A stretch of 64,000 nucleotides of DNA from Parcubacteria group bacterium (GCA_041664225.1 JBAYLE010000004.1:10640-74639), one strand, 5' to 3'. Numbered from the stretch's first letter, positions 8,265-18,833 are shown. The notes: generated by a model not told the origin, from the letters alone. Made by a program: numbers and translations.

Positions 8265-9158
8265 ATGAAACATGAAAATATATTAAAAACAATCGGCCAT
8301 ACTCCGATGGTAAAAATTAACAGAATAAATTCGAACAGAAAAATAAATATCTACGCAAAAATTGAGGGTACAAATCCGGGCGGCAGCATCAAGGACCGGA
8401 TCGCACTCAAGATGGTTGAGCAGGCCGAGAAAGAAGGCAAGCTCGCAAAAGACAAAACGATTATTGAAGCGACTTCTGGCAATACCGGCATTGCTCTGGC
8501 TATGATCGGAGCCGTCAAAGGTTATGCTGTCGAAATTGTTATGAGTAAAGCGGTCTCCGCAGAGCGGATAAAAATGATCAAAGCTTTTGGCGCCAGGGTG
8601 ATTTTGACTGACGCGAAACTGGGGACCGATGGCGCGATCAAAAAAGCGCATGAGCTGGCCGAAAAAAATCCGCAAAAATATTTCATGCCCGACCAATTTT
8701 CCAACAAGTACAATAAAATCGCCCATTACGAAACGACAGCCAAAGAAATTTGGAAAGACACGCACGGCAAGATTGATTATTTTGTCGCGGCTATTGGCAC
8801 CTCCGGAACATTGATGGGGGTCGGAGCATATCTCAAAAAATATAATCCGAAGATAAAAATAATCTCAGCCGAACCGGTGAAAGGTCACTACATCCAAGGT
8901 TTGAAAAATATGGAAGAAGCCATTGTGCCGGCAATTTATAAAAAAGAATTGTTGGATGGCGTAATCATGATTGAAACCGAAGAGGCATTTGAGATGGCCA
9001 GAAAAATTGCAAAATTCGAAGGAATCTTTGTCGGGATGTCGAGCGGTGCGGCCATGTTGGCGTCTTTCAAAATCGCCAAGAAAATCAAAAAAGGCAATAT
9101 CGTCACGATTTTTCCCGATCGCGGCGAAAAATATTTGAGCACGGGCTTGTTTGGATAA
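8265..9158 (+). CDS. cysK: Cysteine synthase / O-acetylserine sulfhydrylase (PLP-dependent)
   Basis: GGSIKDRIALKMV (PLP lysine), TSGNTGIALA, GTSGT motifs. Confidence 0.9.
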   Translation: MKHENILKTIGHTPMVKINRINSNRKINIYAKIEGTNPGGSIKDRIALKMVEQAEKEGKLAKDKTIIEATSGNTGIALAMIGAVKGYAVEIVMSKAVSAERIKMIKAFGARVILTDAKLGTDGAIKKAHELAEKNPQKYFMPDQFSNKYNKIAHYETTAKEIWKDTHGKIDYFVAAIGTSGTLMGVGAYLKKYNPKIKIISAEPVKGHYIQGLKNMEEAIVPAIYKKELLDGVIMIETEEAFEMARKIAKFEGIFVGMSSGAAMLASFKIAKKIKKGNIVTIFPDRGEKYLSTGLFG

Positions 9159-9207
9159 AGATTTATTTTTTCTTGTAAAAAAGTAAATTTTACGCTAGAT
9201 TTATCTT

Positions 9208-10203
9208 ATGAATAAAATATTTCCCCAAAAATTGAAAAAGGGTGACACGGTGCAAGTTGTTGCGCCGGCTTGCTCGCTGGGAATCATCTCAAAAGAAAAC
9301 CGAGAAATTTCCAATCAGCGCTTTGAGGAAATGGGACTCAAAGTAATTTTTGGCAAGCATGTTGAGGAGATGGACGAGTTTCGCTCTTCTAGCATCGAAT
9401 CACGCATCAAAGATTTGCATGATGCTTTTAGCAATCAGGAAGCGAAAGCCATCTTTTCCGTGATTGGGGGTTTTAACAGCAATCAGCTTTTAAAATATAT
9501 CGATTGGGATCTGATCGGAAATAATCCTAAAATTTTTTGTGGCTATTCGGATATCACGGTTCTCAACAACGCAATTTTTGCCAAAACGGGATTGGTGAAT
9601 TATTCCGGGCCGGCTTATGCAACTTTTGGACAAAAACTGGGTTTCGAATATTCTCTGGATTATTTTCAAAAATGTGTATTTGATGATAAGGATTTTGAAA
9701 TTATTCCTTCCAAAAAATGGAGCGACGACGCGTGGTATCTGGATCAAGGGAAGAGAATATTTTTAGAAAATGAAGGTCCATTGGTCATCAACGAGGGAGA
9801 GGCGGAGGGAACAATTATTGGAGGAAATCTTTGCACACTTAATTTGATTCAAGGGACGGAATATTTTCCCGATCTGTCAGGCTCGATTTTGTTTTTAGAA
9901 GACGATGATTTAGGTGGAAAACTAACGGACGTGGAGTTTGACAGAAACCTACAATCACTTATCCAACAACCCGGCTTCGCGGGTGTTAGGGGGATAGTTA
10001 TGGGGCGTTTCCAAAAAAGCTCTGAAGTGAAAAATGAAAAATTGATAAAAATAATCAAAACTAAAAAAGAACTAGGCGGCATTCCAGTCGTTGCTAACGT
10101 AGATTTTGGACACACGCAATCGATGATAACTTTCCCGATCGGGGGAGAAGTGAAAATAATGGCAAAAAAAGACGGGGCTAAAATTGAGATATGGAGACAC
10201 TAA
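9208..10203 (+). CDS. LD-carboxypeptidase, peptidase family S66 (LdcA/MccF-like)
   Basis: Ser nucleophile context CGYSDITVL; overall S66 architecture. Confidence 0.8.
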   Translation: MNKIFPQKLKKGDTVQVVAPACSLGIISKENREISNQRFEEMGLKVIFGKHVEEMDEFRSSSIESRIKDLHDAFSNQEAKAIFSVIGGFNSNQLLKYIDWDLIGNNPKIFCGYSDITVLNNAIFAKTGLVNYSGPAYATFGQKLGFEYSLDYFQKCVFDDKDFEIIPSKKWSDDAWYLDQGKRIFLENEGPLVINEGEAEGTIIGGNLCTLNLIQGTEYFPDLSGSILFLEDDDLGGKLTDVEFDRNLQSLIQQPGFAGVRGIVMGRFQKSSEVKNEKLIKIIKTKKELGGIPVVANVDFGHTQSMITFPIGGEVKIMAKKDGAKIEIWRH

Positions 10204-10374
10204 AAAAGCGTAGAATTTCTTGACGAATAAAAACAACCGGATGGAATTTTGCCAGTTTCCGTTTTTTGTTTCAATGTCTACATGATACGTTTTGCTTTTT
10301 TGATTAATTTTAGTATAGTTTATTTATGCTAATTTTTCGGTAAGACTGCATAATTGAAAGCGACTAAGAGTTAA

Positions 10375-11869
10375 TTGGGTTTAAATTATGGCGCAATGAA
10401 AAATGTTGAAAATAATGATTATCGAGTGAAGATGTCGAGGCATTTGAAGCAAAAAAAACGAAAAAAGATCATTCTTTCAAAGAGATACTTGAAGGCCAGG
10501 TGGAAGCATTTTCTTAGTCAGGATGTGGACGGAATCTTATTGATAGAGGGAGTAGGGGTAATCGATCTGCAAAAAAAATATGGCACCCCACTGTTTATTT
10601 TGATTGAAGAAGAAATACGCGCAAAGGTGCGTGAATTTATTCACGCATTCGATTATGTTCCATTTAAGATGCGATATGCATCAAAATGCAATTCAAATTT
10701 AGAGGTTCTTAGAATTATTAGGGAAGAAGGAGCTGAATTAGACGCGAGTAGCATCGGAGAAATCATTCTTGGCTTACTAGCTGATTTTTTACCCGAGCAA
10801 ATAAACTTTACTAATTTGTATAAAACTGAGCAGGATATTATGTTTGCTGCCTCTGTTGGGGTACACTCGATAACTCTGGATTCTCTGGAAGAGCTAGATA
10901 TGGCCGTTACTATCTCTGAAAAATTCAAAAAAAGTATCCCAATAATGGTGCGGGTTAATCCAATGATTCACGAGGGTAAGTATAATACGCAACATCAACA
11001 ATACGGCATACCACACGCATATATACGGGGGGGCGTTGATAAAAATAAAAGAGGCAAAATATTTAAAATTAAGAGGATTCCATTTTCATGGATCATATGC
11101 ATACAATCATAGAGGGTATTTTTTGGCAGCGAAGAAAATAACATCCTTGGCGAAATTAGCCGAAAAATATGGACTAAAAATAGACAGCATCGACTTGGGT
11201 GGTGGGTTTCCGATTGAGTCTCCAAAGGCTATGCGACCGGGGAAATATTTTACTTTTAAAGAGTTTGCGGAAAAGTTTGTACCTTTTTTTAAAAAATTAT
11301 GCAAAAAACAAAATCTAGGAAATATTACATTAATATTTGAACCCGGTAAGTCGATTGTGGCTAACTCTGGCATTGGGTTAATACAGGTGGTTAGCCGAAA
11401 GAAATTAAATTCAAAAGAGATGCTAGTTACCAATTCGTCTTGTTATTCTATGTTACCTGACATATTAGTTTCCAAATGTGTTTATGATGTGCTGCCAGCA
11501 AGCAAGATGAAGGCTCCAAGAACGCACGAGTATGATATTGCTGGGTGTACTTGTGATTGCATTGATATTATTAAGAAAAAAGAATTAATGCCTAAGCTGG
11601 AAGGTAACGATTTGTTGGCTGTAATGGATTGTGGCGCGTATAGCTCAGTGTTGAGTTCAAATTTTAATAGTCTCAAGAGAGCACCAGTTATTATGGTAAG
11701 TAGGGATGGCAAAAGTCGACTAGTTCGTCGAGGAGATAGATTCTCCGAGATGTTTGGTCCAGAGTTGGATGTGCTCAAAGTAGCTGATCCGAAAGAGCTT
11801 AAAAAATTTTATAATTTAGCGAGATTAAACATAAATAAAGTTTGGGGAGGGCAAGATAAGAAGCATTGA
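10375..11869 (+). pseudogene. Frameshifted PLP-dependent decarboxylase of the LysA/ornithine-decarboxylase (fold-type III) family
   Basis: N-part (frame 1, to 11112) has YASKCNSN PLP-lysine motif; C-part (frame 2, from ~11036) has FHFHGS, DLGGGFP, EPGKSIVA, CGAYS motifs; +1 frame change located at a G7 homopolymer (11027-11033). Confidence 0.7.
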
Positions 11870-11959
11870 ATTTTCAAGGCATTGATTGGATTATAATTTA
11901 CTAAAAAGTTACATAAAAAAGCATGCGTTTGACAGTTTTCCATGTATATAATAAAATTA

Positions 11960-12096
11960 ATTTATGAATAAATCACAGATAAACTCACTGCGACGTCGTA
12001 GAAACCCGGAGGCTATGCTCAGAGTTGTTTGTTAGTGTTTAAAATAAGCGAAATTATTTAAAATATTGTCAAACGGCTCCGGTCGTTTGTTTTTGA
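11960..12096 (+). ncRNA. Candidate small RNA / cis-leader, copy A (conserved GTTGTTTGTTAGTGTTTAAA box + terminator)
   Basis: Promoter-like TTGACA/TATAAT around 11929-11955, conserved 20-mer 12024-12043, hairpin 12069-12089 + T-run; homologous to 14197-14332. Confidence 0.3.
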
Positions 12097-12204
12097 TTAA
12101 GAGGTTGACTTTTTTCAAAAATAGGGTTAGTCTTTATTGATGTCGCATTCGCGGCAGAAGTAAATAAATGTCCCTTGACAATATAAAGAAAGAGAGGAAA
12201 AAAT

Positions 12205-14046
12205 ATGACTATCAATAGTATTAAACTGCATATCTTAGGCATAACTCAAGAGGTTATCCAAAGGGTATTAGGAAAGCAAATCAACAATCTGTCAATCAGC
12301 TACCCTCCGGATGTTAAATTTGGAGATTTCTCGATTGAGTTTTTTTCGGTCGTGAAAGAGGAGGTTAAAAGTCTTTTGGGAGGCATTTCCAAGGAAGAAA
12401 TGGGAAAAGAGGAAAAAGAAGCCTACAAAAAGGGCATGGCGAAAGGGATTCAAGACGCTATTGCAAAAATAGCTAAATCTGTTGCCGAAATTCCTGCGGA
12501 CGATGTTATCGAAAAAGTGAGCATCGTTGGTCCATATGTGAATTTCAAAGTTAGAAACTCTGCCTATTTCGGATCAATTTTCTCGGAAGTTATTGAAAAA
12601 GGAGGATTATTCGGAACTTCAAATGTTGGATCAGGACAGAAAGTGATGGTTGAATATCTTTCACCAAACACCAACAAACCTCTTCACCTTGGACATTTGC
12701 GGAACGGATCGACTGGTATGTCAATTTCAAATATCCTCGCATTCTGCGGGTATGACGTTGTGAAGAGCAATCTTGTGAATGATCGCGGTGTGCATATTTG
12801 CAAATCAATGCTGGCTTGGCAGAGGTGGGGCAACGGAGAAACGCCCCAATCAGCGGGATTGAAAGGTGACCACTTTGTTGGTAAATGGTATGTGCGTTAC
12901 AGTCAGGAAGAAGAAAAAGATCCTTTACTCGCTGAAGAAGTCCAAGTGATGCTCAAGAAGTGGGAAGAGGGAGACCCGGAAACGATTGAGCTTTGGGAAA
13001 AAATGAATGGCTGGGTTTATGAGGGCTTTGCCGAAACCTACCGTGACTTCGGGTTGGAATTCGATACGTTTTATTACGAATCGCAAACCTATATGTTAGG
13101 CAAAGACATCATTGAAGAGGGTCTCGCAAAAGGAGTTTTCAAACGGGATGAAAAGAATATAGTTACCTTCTTCTTACCAGAAGAATTTGGAAAAGACAAA
13201 GAAGGTAACGATAAAAGGGTGACAGTTCTGCGTTCTGATGGCACCAGTGTGTATATCACCCAGGATCTGGGAACTGCCCTTAAAAAAGTGGAGGATCACA
13301 AGTTGGACCGTTCGATCTATGTCGTCGGTTCGGAGCAAGTTCACCATTTCAAGTGTCTGTTTATGATTCTCAAGGCCCTCGGTTATGAGTGGGCAGAAAA
13401 TTGCTTCCATCTTTCGTACGGGATGGTTTATCTGCCCGAAGGCAAGATGAAGTCTCGGGAAGGAAAAGTAGTGGATGCTGACAATCTCATCAAGGATGTT
13501 GAGAAAATAGTATCTGGTGAAATCGAAAAAAGAAATCTGGATATTTCTACGGACGAACTTGAAAGGAGGGCGCATATTATCGCAATAGGTGCGATAAAAT
13601 TTCATTTGCTGCGGGTAACCCCTGGCCAGGATATTCATTTTGATCCTAAGGAGTCAGTTTCTCTGGATGGGTTTACTGCCTCTTATTGCCAATATGCCTA
13701 TGTGAGGGCAGCGGCTATTTTGAGGGCAGTGAAAGATTCCACAGATGAAATCGATGATATTGACTTCTCAGTGTTGGGTGAGCGGGAAGAAATTATTCTT
13801 GCTCAGAAGATAATGCAATTTCCCGAGATGATCGAATTAGCTGCAAGGGAATTAAATCCATCGCGTATTGCCAGCCATGTTTTTGAAATCGCTCAGGCCT
13901 TCAGTCAGTTCTATAACAAACATTCTGTGCTTAAGATCGAAAATGAACTGACAAAAAAGGCTCGGCTCGCGCTCGTCAGGGCGACGTCCATTGCGATTAG
14001 CAACGGCTTGCATCTACTCGGGATTGAAACTGTGGAAGAAATGTAA
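12205..14046 (+). CDS. argS: Arginine--tRNA ligase
   Basis: Class I HIGH-type motif PNTNKPLHLGHLRN, KMSK-like GKMKSREG, DALR-type anticodon-binding C-terminus. Confidence 0.9.
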   Translation: MTINSIKLHILGITQEVIQRVLGKQINNLSISYPPDVKFGDFSIEFFSVVKEEVKSLLGGISKEEMGKEEKEAYKKGMAKGIQDAIAKIAKSVAEIPADDVIEKVSIVGPYVNFKVRNSAYFGSIFSEVIEKGGLFGTSNVGSGQKVMVEYLSPNTNKPLHLGHLRNGSTGMSISNILAFCGYDVVKSNLVNDRGVHICKSMLAWQRWGNGETPQSAGLKGDHFVGKWYVRYSQEEEKDPLLAEEVQVMLKKWEEGDPETIELWEKMNGWVYEGFAETYRDFGLEFDTFYYESQTYMLGKDIIEEGLAKGVFKRDEKNIVTFFLPEEFGKDKEGNDKRVTVLRSDGTSVYITQDLGTALKKVEDHKLDRSIYVVGSEQVHHFKCLFMILKALGYEWAENCFHLSYGMVYLPEGKMKSREGKVVDADNLIKDVEKIVSGEIEKRNLDISTDELERRAHIIAIGAIKFHLLRVTPGQDIHFDPKESVSLDGFTASYCQYAYVRAAAILRAVKDSTDEIDDIDFSVLGEREEIILAQKIMQFPEMIELAARELNPSRIASHVFEIAQAFSQFYNKHSVLKIENELTKKARLALVRATSIAISNGLHLLGIETVEEM

Positions 14047-14089
14047 AACATTAGCCGATTTGTTTAGTCAGAAAACGGATTTCTAGTAA

Positions 14090-14118
14090 AAAGCCCTGCT
14101 TTTTATAAGCAGGGCTTT
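14090..14118 (+). terminator. Hairpin after argS (12-bp stem AAAGCCCTGCTT/AAGCAGGGCTTT), weak T-run
   Basis: Perfect 12-bp inverted repeat with 4-nt loop. Confidence 0.5.
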
Positions 14119-14161
14119 CCCAAATTTATGCGAATTTCAACTTGTTATGCCTGTAACAATA

Positions 14162-14189
14162 TTGACAAAAAATTAATCCTTGTTATACT
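14162..14189 (+). promoter_or_regulatory. sigma70-like promoter TTGACA-16-TATACT
   Basis: TTGACA 14162-14167, TATACT 14184-14189. Confidence 0.5.
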
Positions 14190-14196
14190 TGGAAAA

Positions 14197-14332
14197 ACAA
14201 TAAACATGCAACACACAGCTCCAATAGTAGGCCACAGTAGAGTTTCAGATAAAATTCAAGGTTGTTTGTTGGTGTTTAGTTTAAATTAATTGAATACTGA
14301 CAAGCGACCGTAAGAGTCGCTTTATTTTTTTG
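14197..14332 (+). ncRNA. Candidate small RNA / cis-leader, copy B (GTTGTTTGTTGGTGTTTAGT box + terminator)
   Basis: Conserved box 14261-14280; hairpin gcgac-cgtaaga-gtcgc 14304-14320 followed by TTTATTTTTTTT. Confidence 0.3.
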
Positions 14333-14373
14333 TTTATTGCAATATTGACAATTAATAAGAGGAGGGTGAAAAG

Positions 14374-14853
14374 TTGAAAAAATGGGAAATCCTATCAATG
14401 ATGTTACAAGGAGAGGAATCGATAATGGGCTATCGGAATTCTTCGGATAGACTCAAAACCCAGTATGAGAATGATTTAGCAGCTATAATTGAGGATGCAA
14501 GGGGAAATATTATAGCCTTTTCAACTCTTTGGGAAACTGAAAGTCCTGATTGGTTGGAATTAGGATCAATATGGACTCATCCCGATTATAGAGGGCGAGG
14601 CTTGGCATCACGTGTGTTTGAGGCTTGTGTTAGAAAATACAAGCAAAAAAATCTTAAAGTCTTTACGATAACACACAATTCAAGAATTGTTCATCTTCTT
14701 AAAAAATATGGATGGCAAGAACGAGGTACTTTGACCTGGGATAAAGTTCCCTTTAGTGTTACTTGCGGTCCATGTGATCGCATCCATGAAAATTTCAAAG
14801 GAACTTGCGTCTTTAAGGCCGTAACTTCAGAGTGCAGGTTGTTTCATGATTAG
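14374..14853 (+). CDS. GNAT family N-acetyltransferase
   Basis: Motif A HPDYRGRGLASRVFEA. Confidence 0.8.
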   Translation: MKKWEILSMMLQGEESIMGYRNSSDRLKTQYENDLAAIIEDARGNIIAFSTLWETESPDWLELGSIWTHPDYRGRGLASRVFEACVRKYKQKNLKVFTITHNSRIVHLLKKYGWQERGTLTWDKVPFSVTCGPCDRIHENFKGTCVFKAVTSECRLFHD

Positions 14854-14933
14854 GATTGAGGGCGATCATCAATTAATTGATAATCGCCCTTTGTATTTTT
14901 ACATTAATAATTTTTTAATAAAATTTAAAAAAA

Positions 14934-15935
14934 ATGAAATATTCAAAAAAAAGACATCTATTGCAACAACTCCCCACAGGAGAGGAGCACTTGATTTTTT
15001 CATACCACTTTAAGGGGAGTAAAAAGGGTCCGAAAATTTATTTACAGGCCAATCTTCATGGACCAGAAATTTTCGGGACATTTTTGTTGGGTAATTTAAT
15101 CAATTACTTGGAGAATAAAAAAGATTTTCCCGGTGAGGTTATAGTAGTTCCCTGCGCTAATCCGATAGCAGTTAACTCTGTAGCTTACAATTCTATTATT
15201 GGAAGATATAATTTGCAATCAGGAAAAAATTGGAATAGAAATTTTGATGTTGATGCCGAATTTAAAGATCATGGAGAGGAAAAAAAATACTATGTCAAGC
15301 AATTGAAAGAGAGCAGTCTTCCGATTGAAAAAAGGATTTCAGCTATATTGAAACTAATAAGTTCCAATGCTGGTTATATTATAGACATACATACATCGGG
15401 ATCGGAGAGCATAGTGCATTTGTTTACATTTGCCGAATCAAATGAAGTATTTCTTCCGCTTAAGGCCCAAGTGCATATTAACCTTAATTATGATGGTGCC
15501 GTAGGCGCCTTTGATGAATCTAAGGTCGTACCGTTTGTCAATTCATTGTCTAAGTCTGAACTGCCGCATGTTTGTACATGGGAAGCATCTCGTCATGGAC
15601 ACATGAACCAAGAACAAATCGGGAAAAAAACTAAAGAACTTATTAGGTTTTTAGAATCAGTTTGGGTGAAAAATAAAGTAAAGCGTAAAGTTTTACCGAA
15701 AATATTTTCAATCGACAATTCTGATTATCTAGTTTCTCCCGCCAGCGGTTATTACTGCTGGAGAAAAAATGCCGGCACAATCATCAATAAAGGAGAAGTT
15801 TTCGCTGAAGTTTATCAACCATCATCAAATAAAAGAATAGAACTCAGGGCTGATTTTAAATTTATTTTAATTGCTAAATATGGAATCGGAGCTATTGGAA
15901 GAGGTGAACAGATCGGCTGGATGGCTCGATATTAG
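14934..15935 (+). CDS. Succinylglutamate desuccinylase / aspartoacylase (AstE/AspA) family zinc deacylase
   Basis: LQANLHGPEIFG (His-x-x-Glu zinc site) and IDIHTSG motifs typical of the family. Confidence 0.6.
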   Translation: MKYSKKRHLLQQLPTGEEHLIFSYHFKGSKKGPKIYLQANLHGPEIFGTFLLGNLINYLENKKDFPGEVIVVPCANPIAVNSVAYNSIIGRYNLQSGKNWNRNFDVDAEFKDHGEEKKYYVKQLKESSLPIEKRISAILKLISSNAGYIIDIHTSGSESIVHLFTFAESNEVFLPLKAQVHINLNYDGAVGAFDESKVVPFVNSLSKSELPHVCTWEASRHGHMNQEQIGKKTKELIRFLESVWVKNKVKRKVLPKIFSIDNSDYLVSPASGYYCWRKNAGTIINKGEVFAEVYQPSSNKRIELRADFKFILIAKYGIGAIGRGEQIGWMARY

Positions 15936-16194
15936 TTGTCTCTTGATATGTAGCAAGGCTAACTCAAAGCAAAAATGGTTTTCCGGTCGCGCGGAGGCGG
16001 AATGCATCAAGACGGAGAATGGGTGGACATCCAGTCGCTAATAAAATTTCAGGCCATAATCCTCAATTTTTTGAGAGAAGCGTAGTGTTTTTTAAAGGGA
16101 TGATCAATTGGCCATCCTTTTTGCTAACTAAATTTCTTTGTGCTATTATTTGGCTAGTTTTAAATAAGGGCATTTTATTTCTAATTTTAACACT

Positions 16195-17469
16195 ATGCAA
16201 AAAGAATCAATTTATAAAAAAGTAGCTTCTCATGAAGCAAAAAAGGGAGAATTTAGTAAATGTCTTCTGCTCTACTCAGGCGGCTTGGACACATCTGTAA
16301 TGCTGAAATGGATTCAGGAAAATTATGAGTGCGAGGTTGTTGCTCTAACGATAGACATTGGCCAAACAGCCGATGATCTCGAATCTATAAAGCAGAAAGG
16401 ATTAAATTTGGGAGCAAAAGATGTAATTATTTATGATGCAAAAGATGAGTTTGCTGATGTTCTTCTTGTTGAGGCAATCAAGGCAAACTCTGATTATCAA
16501 GGAGGCTATGCCTTAAGCACACCGCTTGGAAGGGTTATTATTTCTAAAATTGCGATAGAAGTTGCTAAGCAATATGGTTGTGAGGTTATCGCTCATGGCT
16601 GTACCGGCAAAGGAAATGATCAGGTGAGATTTGAGGGATATCTAACAACGCTGAATCCCAAAATAAAAACTATCGCACCGGTCAGGGAGTGGTCAATGGG
16701 AAGACAAGAAGAAATTGAATATGCGGAAAAACACGGGATTCCAGTAAAGCAACAGAAGGATAAACCATATTCTTACGATGAAAACATGTGGGGAAATACT
16801 GGAGAAGGAGGGGAAATAGAAGATCCAAAACTTATTCCACCACTAAAAAATATTTTACAATGGTGTAAAACTCCCGAGGAATCTCCTGATAAAGAAGAAA
16901 TTATGGAAATTGAATTTTATCAAGGTGTGCCAATTTCATTGAGCGGCCAAAAAATGAAACTGAGCGAGTTAATCATGCAGTGCAATAAAATTGGGGGCTC
17001 GCATGGCGTTGGCGTTTTTCATCTTATTGAAGATAGGATTGTTGGCTTAAAAGTAAGAGGAATTTACGAGAATCCGGGAGCGAGTATTCTGATTGCTGCT
17101 CATAAAAAGCTGGAACAATTAGTATCCACCAGAGAAGAGAACGAACTCAAGTCATTTATAGACAATAAATGGGCGTACTTAACATATGGTGCGAAATGGT
17201 ATGATCCAGCCATGTATCATATCCGTGCCTATATCGGCAGTCAAAATAAAAAGGTTACTGGGAAAGTGAAAGTGAAGCTTTTCAAGGGTAACATAACCGT
17301 GGTTGCGCTGGAATCACCCTATTCACTATTTAATGCTGATCTCGCAACATTTGAAAAAAATGCAACATTCAATCAAAACGCATCTGCCGGATTTATAGAG
17401 ATATATAATCTTGCTCAAAAAACAGCATTTAATGTGTACAGTTTTGAGGATGATTTGTTAAAAAAATAA
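16195..17469 (+). CDS. argG: Argininosuccinate synthase
   Basis: PP-loop LLYSGGLDTSV; length and C-terminal domain consistent. Confidence 0.9.
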   Translation: MQKESIYKKVASHEAKKGEFSKCLLLYSGGLDTSVMLKWIQENYECEVVALTIDIGQTADDLESIKQKGLNLGAKDVIIYDAKDEFADVLLVEAIKANSDYQGGYALSTPLGRVIISKIAIEVAKQYGCEVIAHGCTGKGNDQVRFEGYLTTLNPKIKTIAPVREWSMGRQEEIEYAEKHGIPVKQQKDKPYSYDENMWGNTGEGGEIEDPKLIPPLKNILQWCKTPEESPDKEEIMEIEFYQGVPISLSGQKMKLSELIMQCNKIGGSHGVGVFHLIEDRIVGLKVRGIYENPGASILIAAHKKLEQLVSTREENELKSFIDNKWAYLTYGAKWYDPAMYHIRAYIGSQNKKVTGKVKVKLFKGNITVVALESPYSLFNADLATFEKNATFNQNASAGFIEIYNLAQKTAFNVYSFEDDLLKK

Positions 17470-17473
17470 CTTA

Positions 17474-18688
17474 ATGAAAATAAAAAAAGCTAATAAAAAA
17501 ATTTGGCAATTTTCAGGCGCCTCATTGCTGCATCCATTAGTGGAGAAATTTACGGTAGGGGATGATTATTTGTTTGACCAAAAACTCATTCCGTATGACA
17601 TTCAAGCAAGCTTAGCCCATACTGAAATGTTGAAAAAAATTAAAATTATTACAAATACTGAATTCGGTACTCTTAAAAAGGGACTGCAGGAGATCTTAAC
17701 GCAATGGGAGAAAGGAAAATTTGTTATACGACAAAACCAAGAAGACGGGCATACTGCAATCGAACAATTTTTAACTGATAAGTATGGAGAAGTTGGAAAA
17801 AAAATACATACCGGAAGAAGCAGAAATGACCAATCGCTTGTTATGTTGAGGCTGTATATGAAGAATCAGCTGCTTCTTATTGAAAAAATTGTTACTAAAA
17901 TTGAGAAATCATTAGACAAAAAAATTAGGAAAACAAAAGATATTCCAATGCCTGGATACACGCATATGCAAAAAGCAATGCCAACAACAGTTGGAGTATG
18001 GCTAGATTCTTACTTATCCGCGATTGATGACTGTTTGTTTTTAATAAAAGCTATTAAAAAGATGATCGACCAAAATCCCCTAGGTTCTGCTTCTGGATTT
18101 GGAATTATTAATTTTCCACTAGATAGAGATTTGACTACTAAAATTTTGAAATTTGCAAAAACACAAAAAAACCCGATGTATTGCGGATTTTCCAGAGGAT
18201 ACTTTGAAAATATCGTTCTGCAAACATTGTCGAATATTATGATAATCTTTGGGAGATTTGCAAATGATATGGTGATGTTTACAACCCAAGAATTTAATTT
18301 TTTCTCATTACCAGACAATTTTACAACAGGATCTTCTATTATGCCTCAAAAAAGAAATTACGATGTTTTTGAAATAATGAGAGGAAATACAAAAGTCTTT
18401 TGTTCTTTTCAGAATCAAATTCAAAATATCATATCTTCACTCGGAAGTGGTTATAATAGAGATTTGCAATTGACCAAAAAACCTTTTGTTCTAGCAACCA
18501 GCTTATGCGTGTCTACCTGTGAATTAATGCTAGAAATAATAAGTAATTTTAAAATTCATAAAAAATCCCTAAATAAAGCAATGACAAAAGATCTTTTTAT
18601 TACAAATGAAGTTTATGAATTGGTCAAGGATGGTAAAAATTTTAGAGATGCCTATTTGGAAATTAAGGAAAAATGGAATAAAAAATAA
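17474..18688 (+). CDS. argH: Argininosuccinate lyase (fumarate-lyase superfamily), somewhat short
   Basis: HTGRSRNDQ and signature GSSIMPQKRN. Confidence 0.85.
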   Translation: MKIKKANKKIWQFSGASLLHPLVEKFTVGDDYLFDQKLIPYDIQASLAHTEMLKKIKIITNTEFGTLKKGLQEILTQWEKGKFVIRQNQEDGHTAIEQFLTDKYGEVGKKIHTGRSRNDQSLVMLRLYMKNQLLLIEKIVTKIEKSLDKKIRKTKDIPMPGYTHMQKAMPTTVGVWLDSYLSAIDDCLFLIKAIKKMIDQNPLGSASGFGIINFPLDRDLTTKILKFAKTQKNPMYCGFSRGYFENIVLQTLSNIMIIFGRFANDMVMFTTQEFNFFSLPDNFTTGSSIMPQKRNYDVFEIMRGNTKVFCSFQNQIQNIISSLGSGYNRDLQLTKKPFVLATSLCVSTCELMLEIISNFKIHKKSLNKAMTKDLFITNEVYELVKDGKNFRDAYLEIKEKWNKK

Positions 18689-18833
18689 GCGGTTTTAGCG
18701 CACTTCGAAAACGACTTTTTTGACTAACATTTTTTCATGTAAGTCTTTTTTTTTGGGCGTTAATTATTTGACACAAGACAGTCCCAGTGCTAATTTTCTT
18801 GGAGGGAGGGCAGGCCTTTAACAACAAAATGAA

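Noticed and set aside
10375-11869. Two separate overlapping genes (10375-11112 and 11036-11869)
   Set aside because: Both pieces belong to the same LysA/ODC fold and join seamlessly across a G7 run. A single frameshifted gene is more parsimonious.
11926-12204. T-box riboswitch upstream of argS
   Set aside because: No AGGGTGGNACCGCG T-box sequence or recognisable specifier loop. The conserved box is GTTGTTTGTT…, so it is treated as a novel element instead.
16019-16225. 68-aa ORF in the argG leader
   Set aside because: No SD and a hydrophobic low-complexity product. It overlaps the argG start region, so it is more likely non-coding leader sequence.
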